Positions 42,065-53,842 of a DNA stretch of 64,000 nt are shown here, piece by piece (within the stretch, counting starts at the first letter, position 1; every line of letters starts with the position of its first letter). The position numbers were made by a program, and so were the translations under genes. Below the pieces are notes generated by a model. The model did not search any database. It had not been told where the DNA came from and saw only the letters and a program-made list of their open reading frames with translations. The stretch is from an uncultured delta proteobacterium (GTDB lineage: Bacteria; Myxococcota; Myxococcia; Myxococcales; Anaeromyxobacteraceae). The stretch is taken from contig CAVYBH010000013.1 in NCBI GenBank assembly GCA_963766715.1, forward strand, positions 64,001-128,000. Reading direction: 5' to 3'.

Positions 42065-42135
42065 AGAGAACTCCCCTGTTGCTGCTGTGCTGCGGTGCTG
42101 CTTTTGGGTTGCCTGGAAGTCAACCCGCTGCAAAG

Positions 42136-42209
42136 TGGCTGGGGGACTAGGATTCGAACCTAGATAGCATGATCCAGAGCCATGCGTCCTGCCGTTAGAC
42201 AATCCCCCA
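42136..42209 (-). tRNA. tRNA-Gln (CTG)
   Basis: TGGGGGATTGTCTAACGGCAGGACGCATGGCT-CTG-GATCATGC...GGTTCGAATCC...CAGCCA. Confidence 0.97.
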
Positions 42210-42240
42210 CCGAGCCCGTGGAAGTGTCCGCGAGGGGCGG

Positions 42241-42269
42241 TTTGTAGCCGCTAGCGGCCCGGAGGTCAA
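42241..42269 (-). promoter_or_regulatory. Sigma70 promoter of the tRNA-Gln/Glu pair
   Basis: TTGACC-17 nt-TACAAA followed by a GC-rich discriminator. Confidence 0.75.
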
Positions 42270-42288
42270 GCGCGACTGACGCCCCGCT

Positions 42289-42834
42289 TCACCTCCAGAC
42301 GCCCACGGTCTTCCCGTGGTGGCCCGCCTCCCGGAGCACCAGCCTCCCCCCCTTCACGGCCGCCCCAGCCGCAGGACCGACCCACCAGCCCTTGGGGTCG
42401 CTCCGGCGCCAGGACTTCCGGAAGAACTGGTTCACCTCCTCGAAGATCTGCCGGAGCACGACCGGCTTGCCGATGCGGGATCCGGGGTCGTCGTTGACGT
42501 CCAGCTCCGACCAGAGGCGCCCCCCGACCAGCTCCCCCTTCTCGTTGGGGACGGAGCGCTCGTAGTGGAACACCGGGGACGGCAGCTCCTCGATCTCGAG
42601 CATGCCCTTGTCCCGCCCCCGCGCCAGCTGCCGGACGATGATCGCGCCGTGCTTCTCGGCCGCCAGGTAGTAGGCCGGCTCCACGAGGAGCGCCTGCGCC
42701 TTGTCGTCGACCGGGATCCCCACGGTCCCCGGGGGGAAGGTCTCGGGGTAGAGCGTGAGCTCCTTCTGCGCCAGCATCCGGAAGAGCGAACGCTCGTCCT
42801 CCGGCAACATGAAGTACTTGAGGGTGGCGGCCAC
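42289..42834 (-). CDS. Hypothetical protein
   Basis: Clean 181-aa ORF, GC3-rich codons, starts 9 nt after the upstream stop. Confidence 0.75.
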   Translation of the reverse strand: MAATLKYFMLPEDERSLFRMLAQKELTLYPETFPPGTVGIPVDDKAQALLVEPAYYLAAEKHGAIIVRQLARGRDKGMLEIEELPSPVFHYERSVPNEKGELVGGRLWSELDVNDDPGSRIGKPVVLRQIFEEVNQFFRKSWRRSDPKGWWVGPAAGAAVKGGRLVLREAGHHGKTVGVWR

Positions 42835-42843
42835 GGTCTCGTC

Positions 42844-44505
42844 TCAGGGAAAGGGTTCTTGCGGTGCCGGAGGGGGGGCGCTCTTCTGGGCCGAGAGCTG
42901 GACGGTGCCCACGTCGACGGTCGCGCCGGCCGCCACCGACACCTTGAGCTCGGCGAGGGGCGGCTCGGTCGAGCCATGCGGCGCCATCCGCCGGAAGGCG
43001 AGGGTCCAGGTCCCGGAAGGCAGGCGCAGCTCGAAGGCCCCGTCGGCGGCGACCGGGACCGACCGGTGCGCCCGGGGGACGCTCACCGCCGCGCTGGCCG
43101 GGGGACGGACGCCGTCGAGGACGCGCCCCCGGACGAGCCCCTCCCCCACCGGCGCGTCGCGGGGGGAGGACGGGAGCGGCCAGCGGACCAGCCTGACCTC
43201 GGCCAGGTCGGACTGCATCTGGACGACCGACCCGTCCGGCGCGAGGGCGAACTCGCGGAAGAGCCAGCGCCGGTCGCCGGGCGGGACGGCCACCGACCCG
43301 GCGATCTGGCCCTGTGGCGTGAGCGAGAGCAGGAGCACCTCGGCCCGCGCCGCCTCGTCGTCGGCCCCGTCGTGCCGGTCGATCGCCAGCACCACGTCGC
43401 CGCGCCGGTTCACGCCGATCAGGCGGACCCGGGAGATGGGGATCGCCGAGCGGAGGTTCACGGTACGTCTCACCCGGCCGTCCGCGGCGACGAACTTCAC
43501 CAGCGCCGACCAGCGCCCGGGACGATCGACCTGGACGTAGACGTCGCCGGCGGGCAGCCCTGGCTTCGGCCCCTCGGCCCGGATCCCGCTCCAGCCCAGC
43601 TCGGCCCGGACCGACTGGCCGTTCAGCATGAGGAAGGTGGGGCGTCCCTTGCCGGCGAGGATCTGGTCGATTCCCTTGAACGACGGCGGCAGCGCGCCGG
43701 AGAGGAGCACCTGTCCCGCGGGGTCGTACTGGGTGAGCGCCGGGCTCTGCCCCTCGGAGACGACGAAGATGTTCCCTTCCTCGGAGATGGCGATGTCCGA
43801 CTCGAAGACCGGCTCGGCGCCGGGGCGCCCGATCGGGAAGGACCCGAGGTACCGCCCCCGCGCGTCGAAGCGCTGGACCCGGGCGTTCAGCACGTCGAGG
43901 ACGAGGAGTCCTCCGGTGGCCGACACCGCGAAGCTCGGAGGACCGAGCGCGTCCTCGTCCTCGCGGGCGGGGTTTCCCTGGAGCCCGAACTGCCCAGGAC
44001 CCGGGCCCGGCGACCCGCGGACCAGGACGGCCTCGTGGGCCGGTACCCCCGTCGAGACCGACGAGCCGGGCAGGTCGACGGCGGGGAGGTCGGGCGCGGC
44101 GGCGACCGTGGGCTCGATCCCCCCGGTCATGGCGGCCGAGGCGGCGTCGGGAACGCACAGCGCCGGACGCTCGTCGGCCCAGACCTCGACGATGCCCAGG
44201 TCGGAGAGCTTCCCGGCCGTGACCGCCACGTCGTCCACGCGCTGGTCCGGGACCAGGCTCGGTCCGCGAATGACGAGCGAGTAGCTCCCCGGCGGCAGGT
44301 CGATGAGGAAGCGCCCTCCGGTGTCGCTCGTCGCCTTGCGCTCCCGGCCGATGACCGTGACCGTGGCGGCCGGCACCCCGGTCAGGCACCCCTTGTAGCG
44401 GAGGATGCCGGTGACCGTTCCCTGGCCGCGGGGCATGGCCCCTCCCCCGCCGGGGATGGCGAGGGCGGCGAGGAGCACGAGCGGAAGGATTCGACGGCGC
44501 ATCAC
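42844..44505 (-). CDS. Secreted protein: carboxypeptidase-regulatory-like domains flanking an NHL/beta-propeller region
   Basis: Signal peptide, GTVTG..VPAATV..SDTGGRF..LPPGSY; GPPSFAV..LLVLDVLNARVQRFDARGRYL. Confidence 0.7.
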   Translation of the reverse strand: MMRRRILPLVLLAALAIPGGGGAMPRGQGTVTGILRYKGCLTGVPAATVTVIGRERKATSDTGGRFLIDLPPGSYSLVIRGPSLVPDQRVDDVAVTAGKLSDLGIVEVWADERPALCVPDAASAAMTGGIEPTVAAAPDLPAVDLPGSSVSTGVPAHEAVLVRGSPGPGPGQFGLQGNPAREDEDALGPPSFAVSATGGLLVLDVLNARVQRFDARGRYLGSFPIGRPGAEPVFESDIAISEEGNIFVVSEGQSPALTQYDPAGQVLLSGALPPSFKGIDQILAGKGRPTFLMLNGQSVRAELGWSGIRAEGPKPGLPAGDVYVQVDRPGRWSALVKFVAADGRVRRTVNLRSAIPISRVRLIGVNRRGDVVLAIDRHDGADDEAARAEVLLLSLTPQGQIAGSVAVPPGDRRWLFREFALAPDGSVVQMQSDLAEVRLVRWPLPSSPRDAPVGEGLVRGRVLDGVRPPASAAVSVPRAHRSVPVAADGAFELRLPSGTWTLAFRRMAPHGSTEPPLAELKVSVAAGATVDVGTVQLSAQKSAPPPAPQEPFP

Positions 44506-44546
44506 GGGTGCAGCATCCTATACCGCGGCGCCTCCGGGCGATCGGC

Positions 44547-45978
44547 TCAGCTTCGGCCGGGCCGGGTGAGCCGGGCCGGGTCGAGCAGCCGTCGAGCCTC
44601 CCGGGCCGGGATCCCCGCCCGCTCCGAGGCCAGCTCCACGATGGATCGGCCGCTCCGGACCGACTCCTTCACGATCTCCGCGGCGGCGGCGTACCCGATT
44701 CGCGGCGCCAGCGCCGTGGCCAGGCTCACCGTCCGGTCGGCGTAGAAGCGCGCCCGCTCCCGGTCGGCCTCGAGCCCCCGGGCGAGCTTCTCGTCGAAGG
44801 CCCGGACCCCGTTCGCGAGGATCTCAATCTGGTGGAGCAGGTCCCAGGCCACGAGCGGCATCATCACGTTCAGCTCCAGCTGACCCGCAGCCGTCGCCCA
44901 GGCGATGGCCTCGTCGAGCCCGATGACCTGGTGGCTCACCATGGCGAGCATCTCCGCCATCGAGGGATTCACCTTGCCGGGCATGATCGAGGACCCGGGC
45001 TGCACCGCCGGGAGGCGCAGCTCGCCGAGCCCGGTGGCCGGCCCGGAGGCGAGCAGGCGGATGTCGCCGCCGATCCGGGCGAGCTCGAGCGCGGCCACCC
45101 GCATCGCGCCCGAGAGGGCCGCGAACGGGGCGAGGGACTGCATGGCGTAGAACGGGTTGGGCGCGGGGAAGAGGGGCACCCCGGCGATCCGCGAGAGCTC
45201 CTTCACCACCATCACCCGGTAGCGGGGGTGGGCGTTCACGCCGGTGCCGACGGCCGTCCCGCCGATCCCCAGCGCCGCCAGCTCGGGCAAGCGCGTCGTT
45301 CACCCGGGCCGCAGCGGCGGAGAGCGCGGCCGACCACCCGGAGACCTCCTGGCCGAGCCGGACGGGGGTGGCGTCCATGAGGTGGGTCCGGCCCGACTTC
45401 ACGATCCCGTCCCAGGCCCGGGCCTTCCGGGCGAAGGTGGCGGCCAGGGCGTCGAGCGCCTCCACGACCCGGGGGGCCGTCGCCAGCGCGGCCAGACGGA
45501 TGGCGGTGGGGATGACGTCGTTCGTCGACTGCGCCAGGTTCACGTCGTCGTTCGGATCGACCGAGCGGTCGCCGCGGCGCCCTCCGAGGATCTCGGCCGC
45601 CCGGTTGGCGAGCACCTCGTTCACGTTCATGTGGAAGGAGGTCCCGGCGCCCGCCTGGTAGGCGTCGACCACGAACTGCCCGTCCCACTGGCCGGCGAGG
45701 ACCTCGCGGCACGCCTTCTCGATGGCGCGGGCCTTGTTCCGGGGAAGGAGCCCGAGCCTCGCGTTCACCCGGGCCGCTGCGAGCTTGATGCGGACCACCG
45801 CGTCCACGAGCGCCCGCGGCTCTCGCAGCGTGGAGATGGGGAAGTTCTCGACCGCGCGCGCCGTCTGGGCGCCCCACAGCGCGCTCGCCGGCACGCGCAC
45901 CTCGCCCATCGTGTCCCGCTCCAGGCGGGTTCGGGGGGCCTTCGGGGCGCCTCTTCCGGTCCTTCGCTGGGTGGCCAT
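44547..45978 (-). CDS. fumC: Class II fumarate hydratase / aspartase family; frameshift near 45290
   Basis: ERDTMGEV..WGAQTARA, GAGTSFHMN, QSTND, GRTHLMDA, GSSIMPGKVNP. Confidence 0.85.
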
Positions 45979-45998
45979 GTCTCTCTCCTCGTCGGGGG

Positions 45999-46673
45999 TC
46001 AGCGGGTCAGGCGGTCGCGAAGCCGCCGGAACGCCAGCTCGGACTTGGCGTCCTCCATCTCGCCGGAGCCGGCCGCGGCGATGGCCTCGTCGAGCCCGCG
46101 CCAGACCAGCACCGCCCCTTCCTCCAGGGGCGAGCCGTCTCCCTCCAGCGGCGCGTCGAAGGAGCCGGACTCCGTTCCGCGGGGGATCTCCGCGGCGAGC
46201 AGGTGGATCTTCTCCGAGATGATCCCCGGCAGCATGTAGAACGGCGCGCCCAGCGGCTCGAGCCGGGACGGATCGACCTCCACGCCCGCCTCTTCCCTCG
46301 CCTCCTCCACGGCCCGGCGCCGGAGCGCCTCCATCCCGTGCTCCCCGGGCTCGAGCAGCCCCGCGACGATCTCCTCGAAGAGCAGCGGCTCCGCCTCCGG
46401 GAGGGCCCGGGACCTGCCGCGCCGGAAGTGGACCGCCGGGCGGAGCTGCCTGCGGAGCAGCACCTCGATGCCGCGCGGCGTCCGGGCCCAGAGGCACACC
46501 GCCACCGCGTCGAGCGACGGCCGGTCGAGGACGTCGATGCGATAGACGGCGGAGAGCGAGCCATCCGCCCGCCGGTTCCGGGCGCGGTAGCGGCGCACGT
46601 GGAGGAATCCCTCGTCGCATCGGGACGTGGCGGTCCGGTCCTCGACAATCTCGATGGCGTCCAGTCGCGGCAT
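45999..46673 (-). CDS. NUDIX hydrolase (ADP-ribose pyrophosphatase-like)
   Basis: [11 protein letters not shown]...[11 protein letters not shown]udix box; DAKS near the C-terminus. Confidence 0.82.
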   Translation of the reverse strand: MPRLDAIEIVEDRTATSRCDEGFLHVRRYRARNRRADGSLSAVYRIDVLDRPSLDAVAVCLWARTPRGIEVLLRRQLRPAVHFRRGRSRALPEAEPLLFEEIVAGLLEPGEHGMEALRRRAVEEAREEAGVEVDPSRLEPLGAPFYMLPGIISEKIHLLAAEIPRGTESGSFDAPLEGDGSPLEEGAVLVWRGLDEAIAAAGSGEMEDAKSELAFRRLRDRLTR

Positions 46674-46774
46674 CCCTGGCTGATACGCGAGGGGCAGGTC
46701 CCCGGCAAGGGGCACCACGGGGCCCGTTCCCGGGGCGACTTGCCTCCTCCCGCTCCTGCGTTAGCCTCTCCGGG

Positions 46775-47209
46775 ATGAGAGCCCACCTCTGCGCCCGCTG
46801 CGGCGCGCTGAACCGCCTTGGCCCGAGCCCCGCCGGGGCCGCCCCGGTCTGCGGAAAGTGCAAGGCCGACCTGGACGTCTCGGGCGAGCCGCGTCCCGCG
46901 ACCTCCGCCCAGCTCGACTCCGCCGTCCGCAACTCGCCGGTCCCCGTCCTGGTCGACTTCTGGGCCCCCTGGTGCGGGCCGTGCCGCACCGCCGCGCCCA
47001 TCTTCGCCGAGCTGGGGCGCCGCAAGGCCGGCGACCTGCTGGTCCTCAAGGTGAACTCCGACGACGAGCAGGAGGCCTCGTCCCGCCTCGGCATCCGGGC
47101 CATCCCGACCTTCGTCCTCTTCGCCGGCGGCCAGGGAATCGCGCGCCACAGCGGCGTCATGCCCGCCGGGGAGATGGAGCGCTGGGTGGACGGCCACACC
47201 CGGACCTGA
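46775..47209 (+). CDS. trxC: Thioredoxin 2 with N-terminal Zn finger
   Basis: CARC...CGKC plus [11 protein letters not shown]. Confidence 0.92.
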   Translation: MRAHLCARCGALNRLGPSPAGAAPVCGKCKADLDVSGEPRPATSAQLDSAVRNSPVPVLVDFWAPWCGPCRTAAPIFAELGRRKAGDLLVLKVNSDDEQEASSRLGIRAIPTFVLFAGGQGIARHSGVMPAGEMERWVDGHTRT

Positions 47210-47237
47210 CGGCCGGGACCTCGGGCCCGGAACGCGA

Positions 47238-47270
47238 GACGGGCCGCCCCCTCCTCGGGAACGGCCCGTC
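47238..47270. terminator. Hairpin between convergent trxC and acnB
   Basis: GACGGGCCG...CGGCCCGTC inverted repeat. Confidence 0.4.
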
Positions 47271-47292
47271 CACGACGCCGCCGGCTCGCCGA

Positions 47293-49873
47293 TCAGGCGA
47301 CGACGCGCAGCGACTTCTTGTCGGCCGTCTGGTACTCGGCCAGCTCGTCGAACTGGAGGTACCGGTAGACCTTGTCGAAGCGAGGCGCAATCTTCTCGTT
47401 GTAGGCCGCGAAGTACTCTTCCTTGGTGGGCAGCCGCCCCAGGTTGGCCGAGACGGCGCCCAGCTCGGCCGAGCCCAGGAACACCTTGGCCCCGTCGCCC
47501 ATCCGGTCGTCGAAGTTGCGGGTCGACGTGGAGAAGACGGTGGTCTGGCCCGGGACGCGGGCCTGGTTGCCCATGCAGAGCGAGCAGCCCGCGGTCTCGA
47601 TGCGGGCGCCGATCTGGCTGAACACGGTGAAGTAGGCCTCGTCGCGCAGCTCCTGCTGATCCATCCGCGTGGGCGGGCAAATCCAGGTGCGGACGGCCGG
47701 GTTGAACTTCTGCCCCTTCCAGAATCTCGCCGGCGGCGCGGAAGTGGCCGATGTTGGTCATGCACGACCCGAGGAACACGTCGTCGATCTTGGTGTTGGC
47801 GACGTCGGTGAGCACCTTCACGTCGTCCGGATCGTTCGGGCAGGCCAGGATCGGCTCGGTGATCTCGGCCAGGTCGATCTCGATGACCGCGGCGTACTCG
47901 GCGTTCTTGTCGGCCGCGAGCAGCTCCGGCTTCTTCAGCCACTTCTCGGCGGCGGCGATGCGCCCCTGGAGCGTCTTGGCGTCCTGGTAGCCGGTGGCGA
48001 TCATCTTCTTCATGAGCGCCACGTTGGACCGCAGGTAGGCGGCGACGGTCTTCTCGGAGAGCTTGACGGCGGCGGCGGCGGCGCTGCGCTCGGCGGCGGC
48101 GTCGGTGAGCTCGAAGGCCTGCTCGACGGTGAGATCGGGCAGCCCCTCCATCTCGAGGATGCGGCCGTTGAAGACGTTCTTCTTCCCCTTCTTGGGCACG
48201 GTGAGCAGCCCCATCTGGATGGCCTTGAAGGGGATGGCGTTCACCACGTCACGGAGCGTGATCCCCGGCTTGAGCTTGCCCTTGAACCGGACGAGCACGC
48301 TCTCCGGCATGTCGAGGGGCATGAAGCCCAGCGCGCCGGCGAAGGCCACCAGGCCGGAACCGGCCGGGAAGCTGATGCCGATGGGGAAGCGGGTGTGGCT
48401 GTCGCCGCCGGTCCCGACGGTGTCGGGGAGGAGCAGGCGGTTGAGCCAGGAGTGGATGACGCCGTCGCCCGGACGGAGCGACACGCCGCCGCGCTCGACG
48501 ACGAAGTTGGGCAGCGTCTTGTGCATCTTCACGTCGGCCGCCTTGGGGTAGGCCGCCGTGTGGCAGAAGGACTGCATGAACATCGGGGCCTGGAACTTGA
48601 GGCAGGCGAGCTCCTTCAGCTCGTCGGCCGTCATCGGTCCCGTCGTGTCCTGGCTGCCCACGGTGGTCATGCGGGGCTCGACGTACCAGCCCGGCAGGGC
48701 GCCCGGGATGCCGCAGGCCTTGCCGACCATCTTCTGGGCCAGCGTGTAGCCCTGGCCCTTCTTCGGCTCGGGGTTCTTCTTCACCGTGAAGACGGTCGTG
48801 GTCCCCTTCTTCAGGGCCTTGCGGGCCTTGTCGGTGACCGAGCGGCCGATGATGAGGGGGATCCGGCCGCCGGCGCGGTATTCGTCGCCGAGGTTCTCCG
48901 GCTTGAGCCCGAAGGTGGTGAGCACCTCGCCCGAGTCGGCGCGGATCTCCCCCTTCTTGAAGTCGATGGTCACGACGTCGCCCGTCTTCAGCTTCGAGAC
49001 GTCGGCCTTGATGGGCAGCGCGCCCGAGTCCTCGGCGGTGTTGAAGAAGATCGGGGCGATGACGCCGCCGATGATCACCCCGCCGCGCCGCTTGTTGGGG
49101 ACGTAGGGGATGTCCTCGCCGATGGCCCAGAGGACCGAGTTGATGGCGGACTTGCGCGAGGAGCCGGTGCCGACCACGTCGCCGACGAAGGCCACCTGGA
49201 AGCCGTCCTTGCGGTACTCGGCGATGGTCTTCAGGCCCGTGGGGAAGCGGGTCTTGCCCATGGCGAGCGCGTGGAGCGGGATGTCGGGACGGGTCGACGC
49301 GTCCCCGGCGGGGGAGAAGTCGTCGGTGTTGATCTCGCCGTCCACCTTGAAGACCTTGACCTTCACGGAGTCGGGGATGCCGGCCTTGCGGGTGAACCAC
49401 TCGGCGGCGGCCCACGACTCGAGCACCTGCTTCGCGGCCGCGTTCTTGGCCTTGGCGAGCGCCGCGACGTCGTCGAAGGAGTCGTAGACGTAGGTGAGGC
49501 CGGAGAGCGCCTTGGCGGCGTCGTCGGCCAGCGCCTTGTTCTTCAGGGCGGCGACGAGGGGGGGCATGTTGTAGCCGCCGCCCATGGTGCCGAGCATGAA
49601 GACGGCGTCCTTCTTGGTGATGATGGGCGACTTCTTCTTGCCGGACGCCACCTCGCCGAGGAAGGCCGCCTTGACCTCGGCGGCGGGATCCACGCCGGGC
49701 GAGACCCGGTCGCGGAGCAGCTCGAGGAGGAAGGCCTCCTGCCCCTTGGGCGGCTTCTGGAGGAGCTTCACGACCTCGCGGGTCTGCTCGGGGTCGAGCT
49801 GCCGGGGAGGAATGCCCTGCCCCTTCCGCTCCTCCACGTGCTTCAGGTACGCGTCAATCACGGGATTGCTCAC
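47293..49873 (-). CDS. acnB: Aconitate hydratase B; frameshift near 47720
   Basis: [69 protein letters not shown]. Confidence 0.96.
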
Positions 49874-49947
49874 GCGGCGTCTCCTTTTGCGATGATTTGG
49901 CCCCGGGAGCGGCGCGCTCGGCGCGACGCCCGGCGGCAGGGGGTCCG

Positions 49948-49976
49948 CTTATACCCCACCCCCGCCCCGCTGTCAG
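49948..49976 (-). promoter_or_regulatory. Putative sigma70 promoter of acnB
   Basis: CTGACA-17 nt-TATAAG. Confidence 0.55.
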
Positions 49977-51983
49977 CCGCGACGGAGGTCCACCCGGTTG
50001 TCGTAAAAGGTGCTTCCGGCGCCCTCGTCGGTGAGCCGCTGGGAGGTCAGGGAGTTCACCGTTCGTCCGCCCCGGACGTGGGAGAGCCACGGGACGCCCT
50101 CGGCCACCACCACCCCCCGCGGCGTGCGGTCGGTGACGCGGAGCTCGAAGGTCACCGCCCCCAGGCCGTTCCAGGCCACCACCTCGTCCGGCCCCGTCGA
50201 GACCTCGCTCCGCCGCGTCGGCGGGATTCACCAGGAGTCCCGGGTGCCCCTCCCTGCGCCTCAGGTCGGGGCGCTCCCGGAAGGAGGAGTTGAGACCCCA
50301 CACCGAGGCGCCGGTGACGAGCCGGAAGGGCAGCTCCCCGTCCTCCTCGTGGCTGGGGATCCAGCGAGGCAGCGGGTGCCGCTGCCGCGGGTTCTCGAAT
50401 CTCAATCTTCCCGGACGGCGTGCGGATGGGCCGGGCCGCCGGGCGGCGGCAGCTCCAGCTCCACGCCTCGCCCCTCGGCGACGGCGCGCTCGTCAATCCC
50501 CTCCCGGAGCGGGGCCGGCCTGGCCAGCAGGGCGTCGACGAGCTGCCGGGACGTCTGCCGGAAGAACGGGTGATCGAGACCCATCGCGGACGCCAGGCGC
50601 CGGAAGAGATCCCAGTTCGACCACGACTGCCCCACCGGCGGGATGGCCGGCTCGGTGCGCTGGATGCAGTACTGGCCGTAGGAGCAATAGAGGTCGTCGT
50701 GCTCGAGGGCGGTGGTGGCCGGGAGCACCAGGTCGGCGTAGCGCGCGGTGTCGGTGAGGTAGCGCTCGTGGACCACCGTGAAGAGATCCTCGCGCGCGAG
50801 CCCTCGCAGGACCGCCTCCTGGTCGGGCGTCACCGCCGCCGGGTTCGCGGCGTAGACCACCATCGCCATGACCCGCGGCTGCGTCGAGCTCGTTGAGCGC
50901 GTGGCCGAGCCGGTTCATGTTGACCAGCCGGGTGGGGCGCGGCTGGAGGTCCTCCCGGGTGACGATCGACGCGTCGAAGGCCTGGCTCCCGCTCGTGGAG
51001 GTGAGGAGCCCGCCGCCCGGCCTCGACCAGGCGCCGACGATGGCCGGGAGACAGGTGATGCAGCGGACGTTCATCGAGCCGTTGCCGTAGCGGGAGAGCC
51101 CGCTCCCCAGCCGGATGAAGGGCGCCCGCGCGGCCCCGTAGCGGCGCGCCATCTCCTCCACCGTGGCCGGGTCGAGGCCGGTCTTCCCGGCGGTCCAGGC
51201 GGGGGTGCAGGCGGGAAGCACCTCGTCGCGGAAGCGCTCCCAGCCCTGGACCCGCTCCCGGAGGAAGGCGAGGTCGGCGAGACCGTCGCGGGCGAGGACG
51301 TGGGCCATCCCGAGCGCGAGCGCCCCGTCGCTCCCCGGGCGGACGAGGAAGACGCGATCGGCCAGGTCGGCGGTCGGCGTCCGGTAGGTCTCGACCACCC
51401 AGATCTCGGCCCCCCGGCGGCGCGCCTCCTTCGCTCGCTGGGCGAAGTGCACGCTCGTCGCGACCGCGTTGATGCTCCAGAGGACGGCCAGATCGGCCTG
51501 CAGGACCTCGTCGGGGTGGGGCGCGAGGGTCTCCCCCATCACCGCCTTCCAGCCCGCGCCCTTCGCCGGGGAGCAGATGGTGCGGTCGAGCCGCGAGGCG
51601 CCGAGGGCGTGGAAGAAGGCGTGCCCCGCGTTGCGCTGGACGAGCCCCATCGTCCCGGCGTACGAGTACGGGAGGATGGCCTCGGGCCCGTGGACCGCGG
51701 CGACCTCCTTCAGCCGGGAGGCGATCCGGGGCAGGGCCTCGTCCCAGGAGATGGGGCGGAAGGCCCCCGCCCCCTTCGGCCCGATCCGCTCGAGCGGCGT
51801 GGTGAGGCGTCCCTCCGCGTAGACGCTCCGCTCGTAGTTGTTCACCTTCGGGCAGAGGCTGCCCTGGCTGTAGGGATGGTCGGGATCGCCCCTCACCCGG
51901 GTCGCGCGCCCACCCTCCACGTCGACGAGCAGGCCACAGGCGTCGGGACAATCGAACGGGCAGGTGGAACGGACGGTCCGCAT
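49973..51983 (-). CDS. Molybdopterin (bis-MGD) oxidoreductase, single-subunit type; frameshifts near 50875, 50405, 50195
   Basis: CPFDCPDAC...LCPK Fe-S motif, ISWDEAL, TICS, TDTARYADLVLPAT, LNSSF, VNSLTSQRLTD. Confidence 0.88.
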
Positions 51984-52008
51984 CGCGGGCATGGTACACC
52001 TGACCGCG

Positions 52009-52983
52009 ATGCGCGCGCTCGTCACCGGGGCCAATGGATTCCTGGGAACGTGGCTCACCCGGCGGCTCGTCGGGAGCGGCCACGAGGTGCGGGTCCTGCT
52101 CCGCGCCGGGAGCTCCGGCGCCGCCCTGTCCGGCCTCGCCGTCGAGGAGGTCCGCGGGGACGTCACCGACCCCTCCAGCCTTCCGGCGGCGGTCCGGGAT
52201 CGCGACGTGGTCTTCCACCTGGCCGGCATCCGCCGCGCGCCGCGCCGGGAGGATTTCCTCCGGGTGAATGCCGGCGGCACGGGGAACCTGCTCGAGGCCT
52301 GCGCCGCGCACGCACCCGGGCTCGGCCGCTTCGTCCTGGCAGGCTCGCTCGCCGCCTCGGGCCCCTCGGCCACGGGCCGGCGCGAGGAGGAGGCCTTCCA
52401 GCCCCGCGAGTGGTACGGCGAGTCGAAGGCCGAGGCGGAGCGCCTCGCCCTCTCCTTCTCGGGGCGCCTGCCGGTGACGGTGGCCCGTCCGCCGCGGATC
52501 ACGGGGCCCGGGGACAAGGAGAACCTGTTCTTCTTCCGGATCGTCTCGCGCGGCGTCGTGGTGGGCTTTCCCGGGGAGCCCCGTCCGCTCTCCTTCGTCG
52601 ACGTGGAGGACTGCGCCCGCGGCATGGAATTGCTCGCCACGCACGCCGGGGCCGCCGGAGAATCCTTCTTCCTGGCGTCCCCGGAGCGCACCAGCATCGA
52701 GGGGCTGCAGCAGGAGGTGGCGCGGGCCCTCGGCGTCCGGGCCCGGGTGCTGCGCATTCCCCCGCCGCTCCTCCGTGGCGCCGGATCGCTCGCCGACGTG
52801 GCCAGCCGGGTCCTGGGCCGCCACCTGCCCCTCAACCGCAAGCTCGCCGAGCAGGTCCTCGCGCCGGGCTGGGTCTGCGACACCGGGAAGGCGCGCCGCG
52901 TCCTCGGTTTCGAGGCGCGGGTCACGCTGGCGGAGTCGATCCAGCGGTCGGCGGACTGGTACCGGGCCGCGGGGTGGATCTAG
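52009..52983 (+). CDS. NAD-dependent epimerase/dehydratase (extended SDR)
   Basis: VTGANGFLG, FHLAG, YGESK. Confidence 0.9.
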   Translation: MRALVTGANGFLGTWLTRRLVGSGHEVRVLLRAGSSGAALSGLAVEEVRGDVTDPSSLPAAVRDRDVVFHLAGIRRAPRREDFLRVNAGGTGNLLEACAAHAPGLGRFVLAGSLAASGPSATGRREEEAFQPREWYGESKAEAERLALSFSGRLPVTVARPPRITGPGDKENLFFFRIVSRGVVVGFPGEPRPLSFVDVEDCARGMELLATHAGAAGESFFLASPERTSIEGLQQEVARALGVRARVLRIPPPLLRGAGSLADVASRVLGRHLPLNRKLAEQVLAPGWVCDTGKARRVLGFEARVTLAESIQRSADWYRAAGWI

Positions 52984-52984
52984 C

Positions 52985-53297
52985 TCACATCGTCCCGCCC
53001 GACACGTCCCGGAGCTTCCGGACGGCGTGGACGTCGCAGCGCTCCCCGCAGGCCGGGCAGACCACGAAGGTCATCTCCTTCACGACGAGCACGTCCTCGT
53101 GGGACCCGGCGGGCGCGATCTCCGCGCCGCAGTCCGGGCACTCGAGCGCGTCCACCGGCCCGGGACGGGCCAGGACGAGGGACCGCCGCCGCCCCGGGCG
53201 GGCAGCGGCGGCACTCGATCCCGTAGATCCAGCCGGTCTCCCGCCGCGGCGGAAGCGCGTCGAGGTCGGCCCCGCAGTACTGGCACTCGTCGGCCAT
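52985..53297 (-). CDS. Small double zinc-ribbon protein; frameshift near 53185
   Basis: CQYC, CRRC, then CPDC, CPAC in the shifted frame. Confidence 0.65.
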
Positions 53298-53307
53298 CCG
53301 GCTCCGG

Positions 53308-53760
53308 CTAGTTGGCTCCGGGGGGCGGAAGGGACTTGAGGTAGGAAACGACCGCCGTCGCGTCCTCCCGGCTCATCCGGTAGGCCGGCATGGGCGGCTC
53401 CGGGGCATCCCCGTGGGGATCCTTGCCGGTCATGAGCAGGTTCACGGCCTGCTCCGCCGACCATCCCGGGAGCCCGGCGAGGGGCGGCGCAAGCTCCGCC
53501 CACCTGGGCATCGGCACGATGTTCTTGAAGTCGAGCGGCGCCCCGTGGAGCCACTTCGCGCGGATGAACTGCCCCTGCTGGTCCCGCGGCGAATGGCAGT
53601 CGACGCACATGGCGACCTGCTCGACCAGGTACTTCCCGCGGGCGATCTGCGCGGGCGAGCTCCCGGTCTTCGGTGAGCCCTTGGCGGCCGGCTCGGCGGC
53701 AAGGGCCGAGGCGGCGACCAGGGCAAGGGCGGTGGTGACGACGATGGCGGTCCGGTTCAT
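53308..53760 (-). CDS. Periplasmic monoheme cytochrome c
   Basis: Signal peptide, RGKYLV...CVDCHSPR, distal PPMP. Confidence 0.9.
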   Translation of the reverse strand: MNRTAIVVTTALALVAASALAAEPAAKGSPKTGSSPAQIARGKYLVEQVAMCVDCHSPRDQQGQFIRAKWLHGAPLDFKNIVPMPRWAELAPPLAGLPGWSAEQAVNLLMTGKDPHGDAPEPPMPAYRMSREDATAVVSYLKSLPPPGAN

Positions 53761-53842
53761 GGCAGCTCCCTGAGGGGGTGAAAGAAAACCTCCTTGACGT
53801 AGACCGGACGAATCCATTTCACAGAACCCATTCGGGCTCCCT

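Noticed and set aside
46007..49873. 1288-aa AcnB with a novel C-terminal extension; similar apparent fusions at 37879..39759 (RND-CBS) and 29634..32834 (AceE-lipoyl)
   Set aside because: Frameshift read-through artefacts; the normal C-termini exist in adjacent frames
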